From Alphaproteobacteria bacterium (GTDB lineage: Bacteria > Pseudomonadota > Alphaproteobacteria > JAJTHO01 > CANGYM01), in the NCBI GenBank assembly GCA_947458145.1, contig CANGYM010000001.1:1-53680 (forward strand): DNA of 53,680 bases, given 5' to 3'. Shown here piece by piece: positions 10,268-19,243 of this stretch (the stretch's first letter is position 1; every line of letters starts with the position of its first letter). Both the position numbers and the translations under genes were made by a program. Under the pieces are notes generated by a model that saw only the letters and a program-made list of their open reading frames with translations, ran no database searches and was not told the origin of the DNA.

Positions 10268-10416
10268 AACGTGGCATCCTTTTTTTCCTAAAAAACCATG
10301 CAGGCTATGCCACAAAAAGGACAAAAAAACAAGCCTGCTGTCAAAATCATCCCTTGACCTCAAAAGCCCGTGGTTTATTGTAGGAAAACGTTTTTTTTAA
10401 AGCCATCCCATCGTTT

Positions 10417-10896
10417 ATGACCGTTTCTTTTGAATCCCGCCGCAGCATAGAACAGGTTGAAGAAGGCCATGATTTGGCGCCGAAATTTGACGAACATGGC
10501 CTGATCCCTGTGGTGACCACATCTGCTGACACCGGCGAGGTGTTGATGCTGGGCTATATGAACGCCGAAGCTCTGCAAAAAACCATCGAAACAGGGCAGG
10601 CCCATTATTATAGCCGCAGCCGCAAAATCCTCTGGCATAAAGGCGCCAGCAGCGGCCTTTTGCAACATGTCACAGAAATGCGCATTGACGATGATCAAGA
10701 CGCTGTATGGCTTAGGGTCACCATCGGCGGTAATCTGGGGGAGGCCAGCTGCCACGTCGGTTACCGCAGCTGTTTTTACCGCAGCATTCCCCTAAAACCC
10801 CTTTCAGAAAAAGTCACTCTGACCTTTGAAGAAACAGAGAAAACCTTTGACCCCGTTGCCATTTACGGGGATGTTCCCAATCCCACCATTTTATAA
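10417..10896 (+). CDS. hisI: Phosphoribosyl-AMP cyclohydrolase, monofunctional
   Basis: GLIPVVTTSADTGEVLMLGYMNAEAL...YYSRSRKILWHKGASSG...DDDQDAVW...CHVGYRSCFY matches the HisI signature. Confidence 0.9.
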   Translation: MTVSFESRRSIEQVEEGHDLAPKFDEHGLIPVVTTSADTGEVLMLGYMNAEALQKTIETGQAHYYSRSRKILWHKGASSGLLQHVTEMRIDDDQDAVWLRVTIGGNLGEASCHVGYRSCFYRSIPLKPLSEKVTLTFEETEKTFDPVAIYGDVPNPTIL

Positions 10897-10907
10897 AGGC
10901 TGTCTGT

Positions 10908-12386
10908 ATGCCCCACCAAGGCCTGAACTTTGACGAACCTTTGCTGTTTGAATTGCCGCCGGAATCCTGCGGTGTTGACCTGCCCCACCCGCCTAAGGTG
11001 CAGGATCGTTTGGGGACCATGGCCCGCCTGAATCCCCCTGCCCTGCCCAATGTGTCAGAGCCGCGGGTGGTGAGGCACTTTACCCGTTTGTCCCAAAAAA
11101 ACTTTTCCATTGATTCTGGGTTTTATCCTTTGGGATCATGCACCATGAAGCATAATCCCCGACTAAACGAACAAACCGCCCGTTTGCCAGGGTTTTCCAA
11201 CATTCATCCTTTGCAAGACATAGAGACTGTTCCTGGCGCGGTGGCCCTGATGGGGGAATTGTCCGATTTCCTGAAAAATTTAACGGGGCTGGCGCATGTG
11301 GCCCTGTCCCCCGCGGCGGGGGCGCACGGGGAATTATGCGGAATGCTGACCATCCGCGCCGCCCTGCATCATCACGGCCATCACGAAAAAACCGTTGTTC
11401 TGGTCCCCGAATCCGCCCATGGCACAAATCCAGCAACCGCCGCGGCGTGTGGCTTTACCGTGCGCAACCTGCCCGCCAATGATGGGGGACGATTGGATTT
11501 GCAGGCGTTTTACAACGCCCTGAGCGATGACGTTGCGGCCATCATGCTGACCAACCCCAACACATGTGGGTTGTTTGAAGATGATATTATAAAAATGGCA
11601 GAGGCTCTGCATGCCAAGGGTGCCTATGTGTACTGCGATGGGGCCAACTTTAATGCCCTGGCAGGGGTGGTCCGCCCAGGGGATCTGGGTGTGGACGCCA
11701 TGCATATCAATCTGCACAAAACCTTCTCCACACCACACGGCGGAGGAGGACCTGGCAGCGGTCCCGTTGTGTTTTCCGAAGCGCTCGCCCCCTTTGTCCC
11801 CCTGCCTTGGGTTGTGGGCAATGCCACCGATGGGTATCGCATGCTGAGCACACCCACAGACGAAGCCGCCCATGCCACAGGACGAATCAAGGCATTCTGG
11901 GGACAGTTTGCCACGTTTGTCCGGGCCTTAACCTATATGAAAAGTTTTGGCACTGCGGGGATTGCGCAGGCCTCGAAAGATGCCGTTTTGAACGCCAATT
12001 ATATCCGATCAGGCCTTTCGGATGTTTTGCATCCTTCTTTTGATGGCCCGTGTATGCATGAGGTGTTGTTTGACGAATCCAGCCTGAAACCCCTGGGCCT
12101 GACCACCATGGACGCAGCTAAAGGATTGATCGATAAAGGCTTTCACCCCATGACGGTCTATTTCCCCTTGGTTGTGCAGGGGGCCATGCTGATTGAACCC
12201 ACAGAAAGCGAATCCCAGCAAACCTTGGATGACTTTATGGTTGCCGTGCGGGATGTTCTGGCCATGTCCCCAGAATCCCTGAAACATGCGCCTCAACACA
12301 CCCCACGGCGACGTCTGGACGAGGTTCGCGCCGCCCGAACCCCTGTTTTAACGGCCTCTCGCCGTTCGGCCCCTCAACACGTATAA
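10908..12386 (+). CDS. gcvPB: Glycine dehydrogenase (decarboxylating) subunit 2
   Basis: FYPLGSCTMKHNP, ...SAHGTNPA... and NLHKTFSTPHGGGGPG (PLP-lysine region) are typical of GcvPB. It starts 11 nt after hisI. Confidence 0.9.
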   Translation: MPHQGLNFDEPLLFELPPESCGVDLPHPPKVQDRLGTMARLNPPALPNVSEPRVVRHFTRLSQKNFSIDSGFYPLGSCTMKHNPRLNEQTARLPGFSNIHPLQDIETVPGAVALMGELSDFLKNLTGLAHVALSPAAGAHGELCGMLTIRAALHHHGHHEKTVVLVPESAHGTNPATAAACGFTVRNLPANDGGRLDLQAFYNALSDDVAAIMLTNPNTCGLFEDDIIKMAEALHAKGAYVYCDGANFNALAGVVRPGDLGVDAMHINLHKTFSTPHGGGGPGSGPVVFSEALAPFVPLPWVVGNATDGYRMLSTPTDEAAHATGRIKAFWGQFATFVRALTYMKSFGTAGIAQASKDAVLNANYIRSGLSDVLHPSFDGPCMHEVLFDESSLKPLGLTTMDAAKGLIDKGFHPMTVYFPLVVQGAMLIEPTESESQQTLDDFMVAVRDVLAMSPESLKHAPQHTPRRRLDEVRAARTPVLTASRRSAPQHV

Positions 12387-12464
12387 ACGTAACCGCCAGC
12401 GATCCCGCTTCAAAAGCCATGGGCATAAATCTCTTTTTAACCATCCCTGTGCCATAGCTAAGGA

Positions 12465-14489
12465 ATGAGGGATAACCGTGACCAGCTGCATGCCATTAAA
12501 AAAATTTCCCTGACCGAGGCCGTCACCTTTGGTCAAGGGGATACGGTGGACTTTACCAATCCTTTGCCACCGTTTTCTTTTGATCCGCATATCACCGCCT
12601 ACGCCACGCAGAAACACAACGAAATTGCCTATGTCATGGCGCCGCATATTGTGCCTCGGTTTTCCCTGATGGAGACACAAAACAAAATTGAGAATCCCCA
12701 TCTTCTTCAAGGGTATGCCGCCCATCCTATTCGGGTTCAAGAGACTCCCTACAGCCAAACCCTCATCATCGCCCAAAAACCTGGGGACATTTCTTTAACC
12801 TCACAAGAGGCTCGGAATTTTTTCCAAATTCACAAAAATGTGGCGGAATGGTTGATTAGGCCCATGGTTAAGATTTTGAGGGATTTTGAAGAGCTGAATT
12901 TAACCCATCGGGCTATCCATCCGGCACGCATCACCTTCGATGATTTTTCGTTTCAAAACCTAAACCTCGGATATGGTTTTTTGACACCCCCCGGTTTTTT
13001 ACAACCCGCTTGCTATGAACCTCTGCAAACCTGCTTTGCTGAACCCACAGCCCGTGGGGCAGGCCACCCAAGCTATGATTTGTATGCCTTGGGCGTCACC
13101 ATTCTCTCTTTGTTCAAAGATCCAAAATTTTTACAACCCCTTTCGTTTGCGGACATAAACAAAAGACGGCTCAGCGAAGGAAGCTATGCTTTTTTTCTTG
13201 AAAAACAAATGTTCTCCGAAAGAATTACCGAGCTTCTTAAGGGGCTTATTTGCGATGATCTGAGCCAACGCTGGACCCCTGATGATTTGGAATCTTGGGC
13301 TGATTTTAATAAAGTCCACGCGCGTTACCGCCCCCCACAAAAGAGCGCAACCAAACCTTTTGTATACCAAGGTCAAGAATACAACAGCCCTGCCTTGCTC
13401 ATTCACCAAATGGGCACAGACCACACTTGGGCCCAGGATGTTATTTTTTCTGAAGATTTCCGTGTTTGGATGCGTCGCAATGCCGGCCAACATGAAAACA
13501 CTGTTGGCATCGAAGACGCCAAGGCTTCTGCCTCTCGCACCGAAGCCAGTATACGGCAGGATGCTATTGTCTCTTATTGCCTTATGGCCTTGGATCCTGA
13601 GCGTCCTCTTTATTTTAAGGGCCTTGTCTTCACACCGGACGGGATTGGGGATCATTTGGCGGCCTACTTCTATGACACACAAAAGCGTTCTGATACTGCT
13701 GCTTTGCTCAGCAGCAAAGCCCCCTTGTTCTGGCTTTCTTTAAAAGAGCAAAAGTCCCCCCAGGTTCTGCGTTTTAACAAACTGTATCAAGAATCAGCCA
13801 ATTTTTTATCCAAACGCGGCATAGGATTTGGGATAGAGCGCTGCCTTTATGAACTCAATCCCCATGTCCCATGTCAGAGCCCCCTTTTGAATACAGTAGC
13901 GATGTATGATCGCACTGATATGCTGGAGGCTCTTAATCATTACGCCGCGCATAATCCGGGGCAACTTTCTGCGAAGCTTCCCATAGACCGTCATCTTATG
14001 GCTTATGCCGCCACACACTATGATTTTATTAAAGATGATTTTCTAAACGCCTTTCCCGATGAGAGGGCCCCCAAAGAACAAAAAATCATCGGATGCCTTC
14101 GTTTTCTTTCCTTAATTGAAAAAAACACCAATACTCAACCTTTAAAAGATCTGTATTATTGGGTGCATGATCTTAGTTTACAAAGCATCGGTATTTACCG
14201 ATCAAAAAAACGGCGTGACATGATCCAAAAATTGCTGGAATCTCAGCGCAACCCCTGTCTCATCGATCGTCTTTTGGATTGGATTGACAATACGGCTGAA
14301 AAAAAAGCGGACATGGATGAATTTATGGATGCCAAAAAGCATCATATTTATACGGTCCATAAAATCAAAGAGTGGCAGTTTAAACTGGACAATATCCGAA
14401 GCGTATCCCGTGATATTTGCGATAATTTTTCGATTTTGTTAGCGGCCTTGGGAAGCCTCTTTATGGCCGCCCTTTATCTTTTTGTTTAA
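12465..14489 (+). CDS. Tail-anchored protein-kinase-like protein (predicted pseudokinase), 674 aa, no named family recognised
   Basis: The kinase-fold C-lobe is recognisable: LIRPMVKILRDFEELNLTHRAIHPARITF (HRD loop degenerated to HRA...R), SYDLYALGVTILSLF (subdomain IX) and DDLSQRWTPDDL (subdomain XI). There is no GxGxxG, VAIK or DFG. The extreme C-terminus FSILLAALGSLFMAALYLFV is a single TM helix. The coding sequence is AT-rich. Confidence 0.6.
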   Translation: MRDNRDQLHAIKKISLTEAVTFGQGDTVDFTNPLPPFSFDPHITAYATQKHNEIAYVMAPHIVPRFSLMETQNKIENPHLLQGYAAHPIRVQETPYSQTLIIAQKPGDISLTSQEARNFFQIHKNVAEWLIRPMVKILRDFEELNLTHRAIHPARITFDDFSFQNLNLGYGFLTPPGFLQPACYEPLQTCFAEPTARGAGHPSYDLYALGVTILSLFKDPKFLQPLSFADINKRRLSEGSYAFFLEKQMFSERITELLKGLICDDLSQRWTPDDLESWADFNKVHARYRPPQKSATKPFVYQGQEYNSPALLIHQMGTDHTWAQDVIFSEDFRVWMRRNAGQHENTVGIEDAKASASRTEASIRQDAIVSYCLMALDPERPLYFKGLVFTPDGIGDHLAAYFYDTQKRSDTAALLSSKAPLFWLSLKEQKSPQVLRFNKLYQESANFLSKRGIGFGIERCLYELNPHVPCQSPLLNTVAMYDRTDMLEALNHYAAHNPGQLSAKLPIDRHLMAYAATHYDFIKDDFLNAFPDERAPKEQKIIGCLRFLSLIEKNTNTQPLKDLYYWVHDLSLQSIGIYRSKKRRDMIQKLLESQRNPCLIDRLLDWIDNTAEKKADMDEFMDAKKHHIYTVHKIKEWQFKLDNIRSVSRDICDNFSILLAALGSLFMAALYLFV

Positions 14490-14506
14490 GCAAGGTTGAA
14501 TTCTTT

Positions 14507-14977
14507 ATGTCAAAAGCGAAAACACCGCGTAAAGCGCCCAACTATAAAAAACGAAACCTCATCGTCAAAATTTTGTTTTTTATAGTTGTTTTGATCATTG
14601 GCGGTATTTCTTTTGGGGCCTTTATCATGACACTTTTTGGGGCTCTGCCGACTTTTGCAGCTTGGTATCGCGATAACAACCCGAGAAAATCCCTAGGCTA
14701 CACCGTTGGTTTAACCAACACCACCTGCATTTTTCTGGTCATTAAAGATCTCTTGCCCATGGGACAGCATTTGACGCAGGCTATGCCTTATTTACAAAAC
14801 CCTTGGTATTGGTGCATGATTTATATAGGGGCCGTCGTTGGCTATGGTATCCACAACATGACCCCCAAGATTGTCATCAAAACATTGCGCTGGAATTTTC
14901 AGGGAAAAATTCAGGAACTCAAACGAACCCAACATCAGCTGGTGCAGCAATGGGGGCCGGATGTGGTGGGGGAGTAA
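14507..14977 (+). CDS. Small polytopic membrane protein (about 3-4 TM), unknown family
   Basis: The N-terminus is basic (KTPRKAPNYKKR). Hydrophobic segments follow: ILFFIVVLIIGGISFGAFIMTLFGALPTFAAW, VGLTNTTCIFLVI and WYWCMIYIGAVVGYGI. It starts 17 nt after the previous gene. Confidence 0.55.
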   Translation: MSKAKTPRKAPNYKKRNLIVKILFFIVVLIIGGISFGAFIMTLFGALPTFAAWYRDNNPRKSLGYTVGLTNTTCIFLVIKDLLPMGQHLTQAMPYLQNPWYWCMIYIGAVVGYGIHNMTPKIVIKTLRWNFQGKIQELKRTQHQLVQQWGPDVVGE

Positions 14978-14980
14978 AAA

Positions 14981-15916
14981 ATGGTCAACATGACCCGTAT
15001 CGCTATTCTTCTGCCGTGCTACAACGAAGCGCCAACCATTGACGGTGTGGTTAGTGAATTGCGATCTGTTATGCCTGAGGCAAGCGTTTACGTATATGAC
15101 AACAATTCTCGTGATAACACCGCAGATCTTGCAAAAAAAGCAGGGGCCATTGTTCGATCTGAGAAACGCCAAGGCAAAGGCTATGTGGTGCGGCGTATGT
15201 TTTCGGACATTGAAGCTGATGTTTATGTGATGCTAGATGGGGATGCAACATACAATGTTCATGACCTTCCTAAAATGGTGGCCCTGTTAACCGACGGTTT
15301 TTATGATATGGTGGTTGGCTGCCGTGTGGCCCAAAATAAACTATCTTATCGACAAGGGCATAGCACAGGAAACAAGGTTTTCAATGCTTTGCTGAAAATT
15401 TTTTTTAACAGCCCCTTCACGGATATTTTTTCGGGCTATCGGGTCTTTTCACGTCGGTTTGTAAAATCGTTTGTACAAAACAGCAAAAAATTTGAAATTG
15501 AAACCGATCTCAGTTTGCATGCCCTTGAGCTTAGCATGCCTGTCGCTGAAATCCCCACCCCTTACTATAAACGCCCCGAAGGTTCATTTAGTAAACTAAA
15601 CACCTACAAAGACGGGCTGCGTATTTTACGGCGCATCATCATCCTCCTTAAAGATGTTCGCCCTCTGCTGTTTTACAGCGGCTTTTCGTTTCTTTTTTTG
15701 GTGGGATCCCTATTCATAGGGGTTCCTGTGATTTTAGATTTTTTCCAAACCGGCCTTGTTGAGCGTTTACCTTCGGCAATTTTGGCTGCGTCTTTGATGA
15801 TTCTGTCCCTGCTGAGTTTAACAGCAGGGTTAATTTTGGACAGTGTCGCGAAAATGAGACGAGATGCCAAAAAATTAACCTATCTCAGCATACCCCATCA
15901 GGCTGACACCCCCTGA
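14981..15916 (+). CDS. GT2 polyprenyl-phosphate glycosyltransferase (GtrB/ArnC/DPM1-like) with two C-terminal TM helices
   Basis: IAILLPCYNEAPTI, YDNNSRDNT and the LDGDATY (DxD) GT-A motifs are present. The C-terminal helices are LLFYSGFSFLFLVGSLFIGVPVIL and AILAASLMILSLLSLTAGLIL. A GGGGAG Shine-Dalgarno lies upstream, and the gene starts 3 nt after the previous stop. Confidence 0.8.
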   Translation: MVNMTRIAILLPCYNEAPTIDGVVSELRSVMPEASVYVYDNNSRDNTADLAKKAGAIVRSEKRQGKGYVVRRMFSDIEADVYVMLDGDATYNVHDLPKMVALLTDGFYDMVVGCRVAQNKLSYRQGHSTGNKVFNALLKIFFNSPFTDIFSGYRVFSRRFVKSFVQNSKKFEIETDLSLHALELSMPVAEIPTPYYKRPEGSFSKLNTYKDGLRILRRIIILLKDVRPLLFYSGFSFLFLVGSLFIGVPVILDFFQTGLVERLPSAILAASLMILSLLSLTAGLILDSVAKMRRDAKKLTYLSIPHQADTP

Positions 15917-17709
15917 ATCATCTGCGTATCCACCAAATCGCGGTACAAAGGGCACCGTTCATACAAATCGGCGTGACGTCCGCTGTCCACAATGCGTCCT
16001 TGGTCGATGACCAGAATGCGATCCATGGTTTGAACGGTGGCCAAACGGTGGGCGGCAATCAGAACCGTTTTGTCTTTCCAGTCGGTGCTCAGGATGCTGA
16101 GAAAATGGGCCTCGGATAAACCGTCTAGGGACGATGTGGGCTCGTCAAGCAGGACAATATCGGCATCTTTAAGAATGGCGCGGGACAAATTGATTTTTTG
16201 TTTTTGACCACCCGAAAGATGCAGCCCCCGAGGGCCCACAGGCATCGCAAGCCCTTCTTTATGAGACACAATAAACGGCGTTAGCTGTACATGATCCGCC
16301 GTTTTTTTCAGTGTTTCCACCGAACATGACTCAGACAACGTCATATTGTCTTGCAAACTGGCGGACATCAGAAAGGAATCCTGGGGGACATAGGCAACCG
16401 CGCGGCGCAAATCATGAACCGCCAGATCCTCGATGGGCACCCCAGCCAACGTTATCTGGCCCGATTGGGGGGCATAAAAACGCAATAACAAATCAAACAG
16501 GGATGTTTTGCCCGACCCCGACAGGCCCACCAGGGCCACATGCTCCCCCGCGTTTAAGGTCAGGGAAATCCCCTGCAAAATGGGACGATCTGGGAATTTG
16601 GGATAGGCCAAAACAACATCCGAAAACACAACCGGTACCGCCGGATGGGGCAAAGGTGTGGGCGAAGGACGATCCACAAGCGCCGGCGGGGCGTCCCGCA
16701 AATAAAACAACCGCTCGGCGGCAGCGGCGGCCTTTTGCAGCTCGCCCCCAATATCACTAAAGGCATTCAGGGATCCGGCCAGCACCAGCGCATAAAACAA
16801 AAACGCTGACAAATCCCCTGTGCTCAGGCTTCCCCTCTGCACCTGCATGGCCCCAATCCACAAAACGCCCACCACAGACACCAGAACAATCAGAATAATC
16901 AGGGATGTCATTACACTGCGCCGCGCGTTGCGCTTCACCGCCTGGGCGAACAGGGTTTGAATCAGCCCTTGATACCGATCATAAAGGGCGACTTCTTGGG
17001 TATAGGCCTGAAGGGTTTTCAGACCATGCAAAGATTCCTCAACAAAATCCGTACAATCCGCATGACATTGCTGCACCGTGCGGCTTTGATCCCGAATACG
17101 GGGGCCAAAAACGGCCAAAACCCCAAAAATCAGGGGCACCATCAACACAATAATCAGGGCCAACTGCACACTGGTGATAAACAAAAAAACAAATCCCCCC
17201 ACCACCATAATGCCGTTACGTACCGCGATGGGGATGACGGTGCCCACCACCGTTTGCAGCAGGGTAAGATCATTGCTCAGGCGGGATAATGTCTGTCCCA
17301 CCGAAAGGTTTTCAAAAAACGGGGGGGACTGACGCAAAAGGTTTTTCACCACATCCGCCCGCAGGCCCAAAACAAACGCCTCCCCCAACCAAGACACCCC
17401 GTAGGCGCGAAGAAAACTGGCCGCCGCCAAGGCAATCACCAAGGCCATCAGGCCCAAACTGGCCGGCAGCATGGAAACACCGGCCGCGGCATGAAGTCCC
17501 TTGTCCACAAAATGACGCAGCCCCTGACCCAACAAGAGCACAATAGCCGATGTGACAATGACGGCCACCGTGGCCAGAACAAAACGGCCGCGATGGGGAC
17601 GAAGATACGGCCAGACCTGAGAAAAAAAAGACGAGAGCTTGGCTTTGGCTTGGCTCACAACAGGGCCTTTGATTGGCGGGAAAACAGCCTTTTGAGACAA
17701 AGCCTTCAA
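15898..17709 (-). CDS. Fused TMD-NBD ABC exporter (MsbA/ATM1-like)
   Basis: A six-helix N-terminal domain is followed by Walker A GLSGSGKTS, signature LSGGQKQK and Walker B IVLLDEPTSSLD. The track start is a TTG 3 nt after the rpmB stop, so the true start is uncertain. The 3' end overlaps the convergent GT2 gene by 19 nt. Confidence 0.85.
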   Translation of the reverse strand: MKALSQKAVFPPIKGPVVSQAKAKLSSFFSQVWPYLRPHRGRFVLATVAVIVTSAIVLLLGQGLRHFVDKGLHAAAGVSMLPASLGLMALVIALAAASFLRAYGVSWLGEAFVLGLRADVVKNLLRQSPPFFENLSVGQTLSRLSNDLTLLQTVVGTVIPIAVRNGIMVVGGFVFLFITSVQLALIIVLMVPLIFGVLAVFGPRIRDQSRTVQQCHADCTDFVEESLHGLKTLQAYTQEVALYDRYQGLIQTLFAQAVKRNARRSVMTSLIILIVLVSVVGVLWIGAMQVQRGSLSTGDLSAFLFYALVLAGSLNAFSDIGGELQKAAAAAERLFYLRDAPPALVDRPSPTPLPHPAVPVVFSDVVLAYPKFPDRPILQGISLTLNAGEHVALVGLSGSGKTSLFDLLLRFYAPQSGQITLAGVPIEDLAVHDLRRAVAYVPQDSFLMSASLQDNMTLSESCSVETLKKTADHVQLTPFIVSHKEGLAMPVGPRGLHLSGGQKQKINLSRAILKDADIVLLDEPTSSLDGLSEAHFLSILSTDWKDKTVLIAAHRLATVQTMDRILVIDQGRIVDSGRHADLYERCPLYRDLVDTQMIQGVSA

Positions 17710-17712
17710 AAG

Positions 17713-18003
17713 TTAGCTTTGGGGAGATTCAGCTTTTAACAATTCGGCGCGAAGGGTTTTAAAACGATCCGACAAAACAGACGGGCTGGCTTTTTTCAAA
17801 TAGGCATCAAGACCGCCCACTTTATCCAACGTCCGCAGGGCGTGTGTTGACAGACGCACGGACAGGGAACGCTTTAACCCCTCAATCCGCAGGACTTTCG
17901 TCACCAAGTTGGGCAGAAACACGCGCTTGGTTTTGTTGTTGGCGTGACTGACATTGTTACCCACCAAAGAGCGTTTTCCGGTTAATTCGCAAACCCGTGA
18001 CAT
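17713..18003 (-). CDS. rpmB: 50S ribosomal protein L28
   Basis: [33 protein letters not shown] is the canonical L28 N-terminus. Confidence 0.95.
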   Translation of the reverse strand: MSRVCELTGKRSLVGNNVSHANNKTKRVFLPNLVTKVLRIEGLKRSLSVRLSTHALRTLDKVGGLDAYLKKASPSVLSDRFKTLRAELLKAESPQS

Positions 18004-18098
18004 GATAGGACACCCTTAAAAAAAATTCCAAAGAGGACCGTTTATAGGGGATTTTTTTTCACAATTCAAATGAAAAATCATGCGCCCCCTTTTGGGCC

Positions 18099-18341
18099 TC
18101 AGAGATTTGGCGTGCCCAAACGTCCCTCCAGCGCCATCATGCGTTTTTCTAGGGCCGAGAGACGATCCAAAATTTCTTTTAACGCACCCTCCGCCCCAGA
18201 TACAGAGGCGGAGCTGGGGGTCTGAGACGCCGTCCATGTGCGCATCACGGTTTGCCAAAACAGCGTCATATCGGCCGTCGCCTGCTGGGTTTCCGGCTGG
18301 CTGCGCCATTGTTCGGTATAGGCCTGCATCATGGCCATCAT
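18099..18341 (-). CDS. Hypothetical small protein with a C-terminal leucine-zipper-like helix
   Basis: MMAMMQAYTEQW...ALKEILDRLSALEKRMMALEGRLG. Three frames are open here, so coding status is uncertain. Choosing the internal ATG (18341) avoids overlap with the upstream GT2 gene, whereas the track start 18374 overlaps it. Confidence 0.35.
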   Translation of the reverse strand: MMAMMQAYTEQWRSQPETQQATADMTLFWQTVMRTWTASQTPSSASVSGAEGALKEILDRLSALEKRMMALEGRLGTPNL

Positions 18342-18345
18342 CTCT

Positions 18346-19128
18346 TCAAGTGGGTTTTTTGGGGGGGGCTGCATGATTTTGATCCTTCAGCTCTTGATAT
18401 TTGATATACGACAATAACGGAAACAGACCGGCGCACAGGGCGATACACAGCCCATAAACCCCTTCCTTGTACCCCTGACGTTTGACATAACAGTGAAAAA
18501 AACGGGAAAACAAACGCCGGATGTTGGGCCAAAGGCGGGTCCAATGGGGCGTATCGCCCATATCCAGGGCCTTGGCCGCGCTGTAACGGTTCAAGCGGGC
18601 GATCATGTCGGTGATGTTATCATCCACAAAATGATCAATACCGTGGGATAGGCGGGGACCCGCCAACCCCTGATAGGTCACCTGAGGATGCACCCGCTGA
18701 TCGTGCCAGTGTTTGGTGCCCTTTTGAAACAGACACCATTTGTTGCGAATCCCAAAGGATGCCCCCCAACCCTGTTTCACCAAGCGGGATCCAATATAAT
18801 TGTTGATGGGCACCAAATACCGCTGGGCTGTGGGGTTTTTTAACAGGGCCATAACCTCTTGGGCCATGGCGGGGGTCACGTGTTCATCGGCATCCACCTC
18901 CAAAATCCATGGCCCCTGACAGGCATCGATGCCTGCGTGACGGCGGGGCCCTTCACGGTCCCACGCGCCCTCGATCAATCGGGGGGTAAAGCGGGCGGCG
19001 ATGTCACGGCTGGCATCGGTGCAACGATCCAGCACCACCACAATTTCATCACAAAACCCCAAACGCGATAAACACGCGGCCAAGCGGGATTCTTCGTTAT
19101 GGGCAACAACCAAGGCAGACAGAAACAT
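18346..19128 (-). CDS. GT2 glycosyltransferase, LPS-core type (WaaE/KdtX-like)
   Basis: MFLSALVVAHNEESRL...IVVVLDRCTDAS...LEVDADEH (DxD) identifies the GT-A fold. The start is the ATG at 19126-19128, or alternatively 19167. Confidence 0.8.
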   Translation of the reverse strand: MFLSALVVAHNEESRLAACLSRLGFCDEIVVVLDRCTDASRDIAARFTPRLIEGAWDREGPRRHAGIDACQGPWILEVDADEHVTPAMAQEVMALLKNPTAQRYLVPINNYIGSRLVKQGWGASFGIRNKWCLFQKGTKHWHDQRVHPQVTYQGLAGPRLSHGIDHFVDDNITDMIARLNRYSAAKALDMGDTPHWTRLWPNIRRLFSRFFHCYVKRQGYKEGVYGLCIALCAGLFPLLSYIKYQELKDQNHAAPPKKPT

Positions 19129-19243
19129 AACGGGATCATTAACGCAGAAAGGGGCAGGATACACCAAACCCAGAAAGGGGGGTAGGAAAAAAAGAAAGAT
19201 ATTTTTATGTTAGAGCTTTGTAAAATAGGAGATTCCTATAAAA

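Noticed and set aside
10272-10314. An imperfect palindrome (GTGGCAT...T7-CCT-A6...ATGCCAC) in the dksA-hisI divergent spacer.
   Set aside because: It is dominated by A/T runs with internal mismatches. I could not tie it to any known operator or leader. It is noted only as a possible regulatory hairpin.
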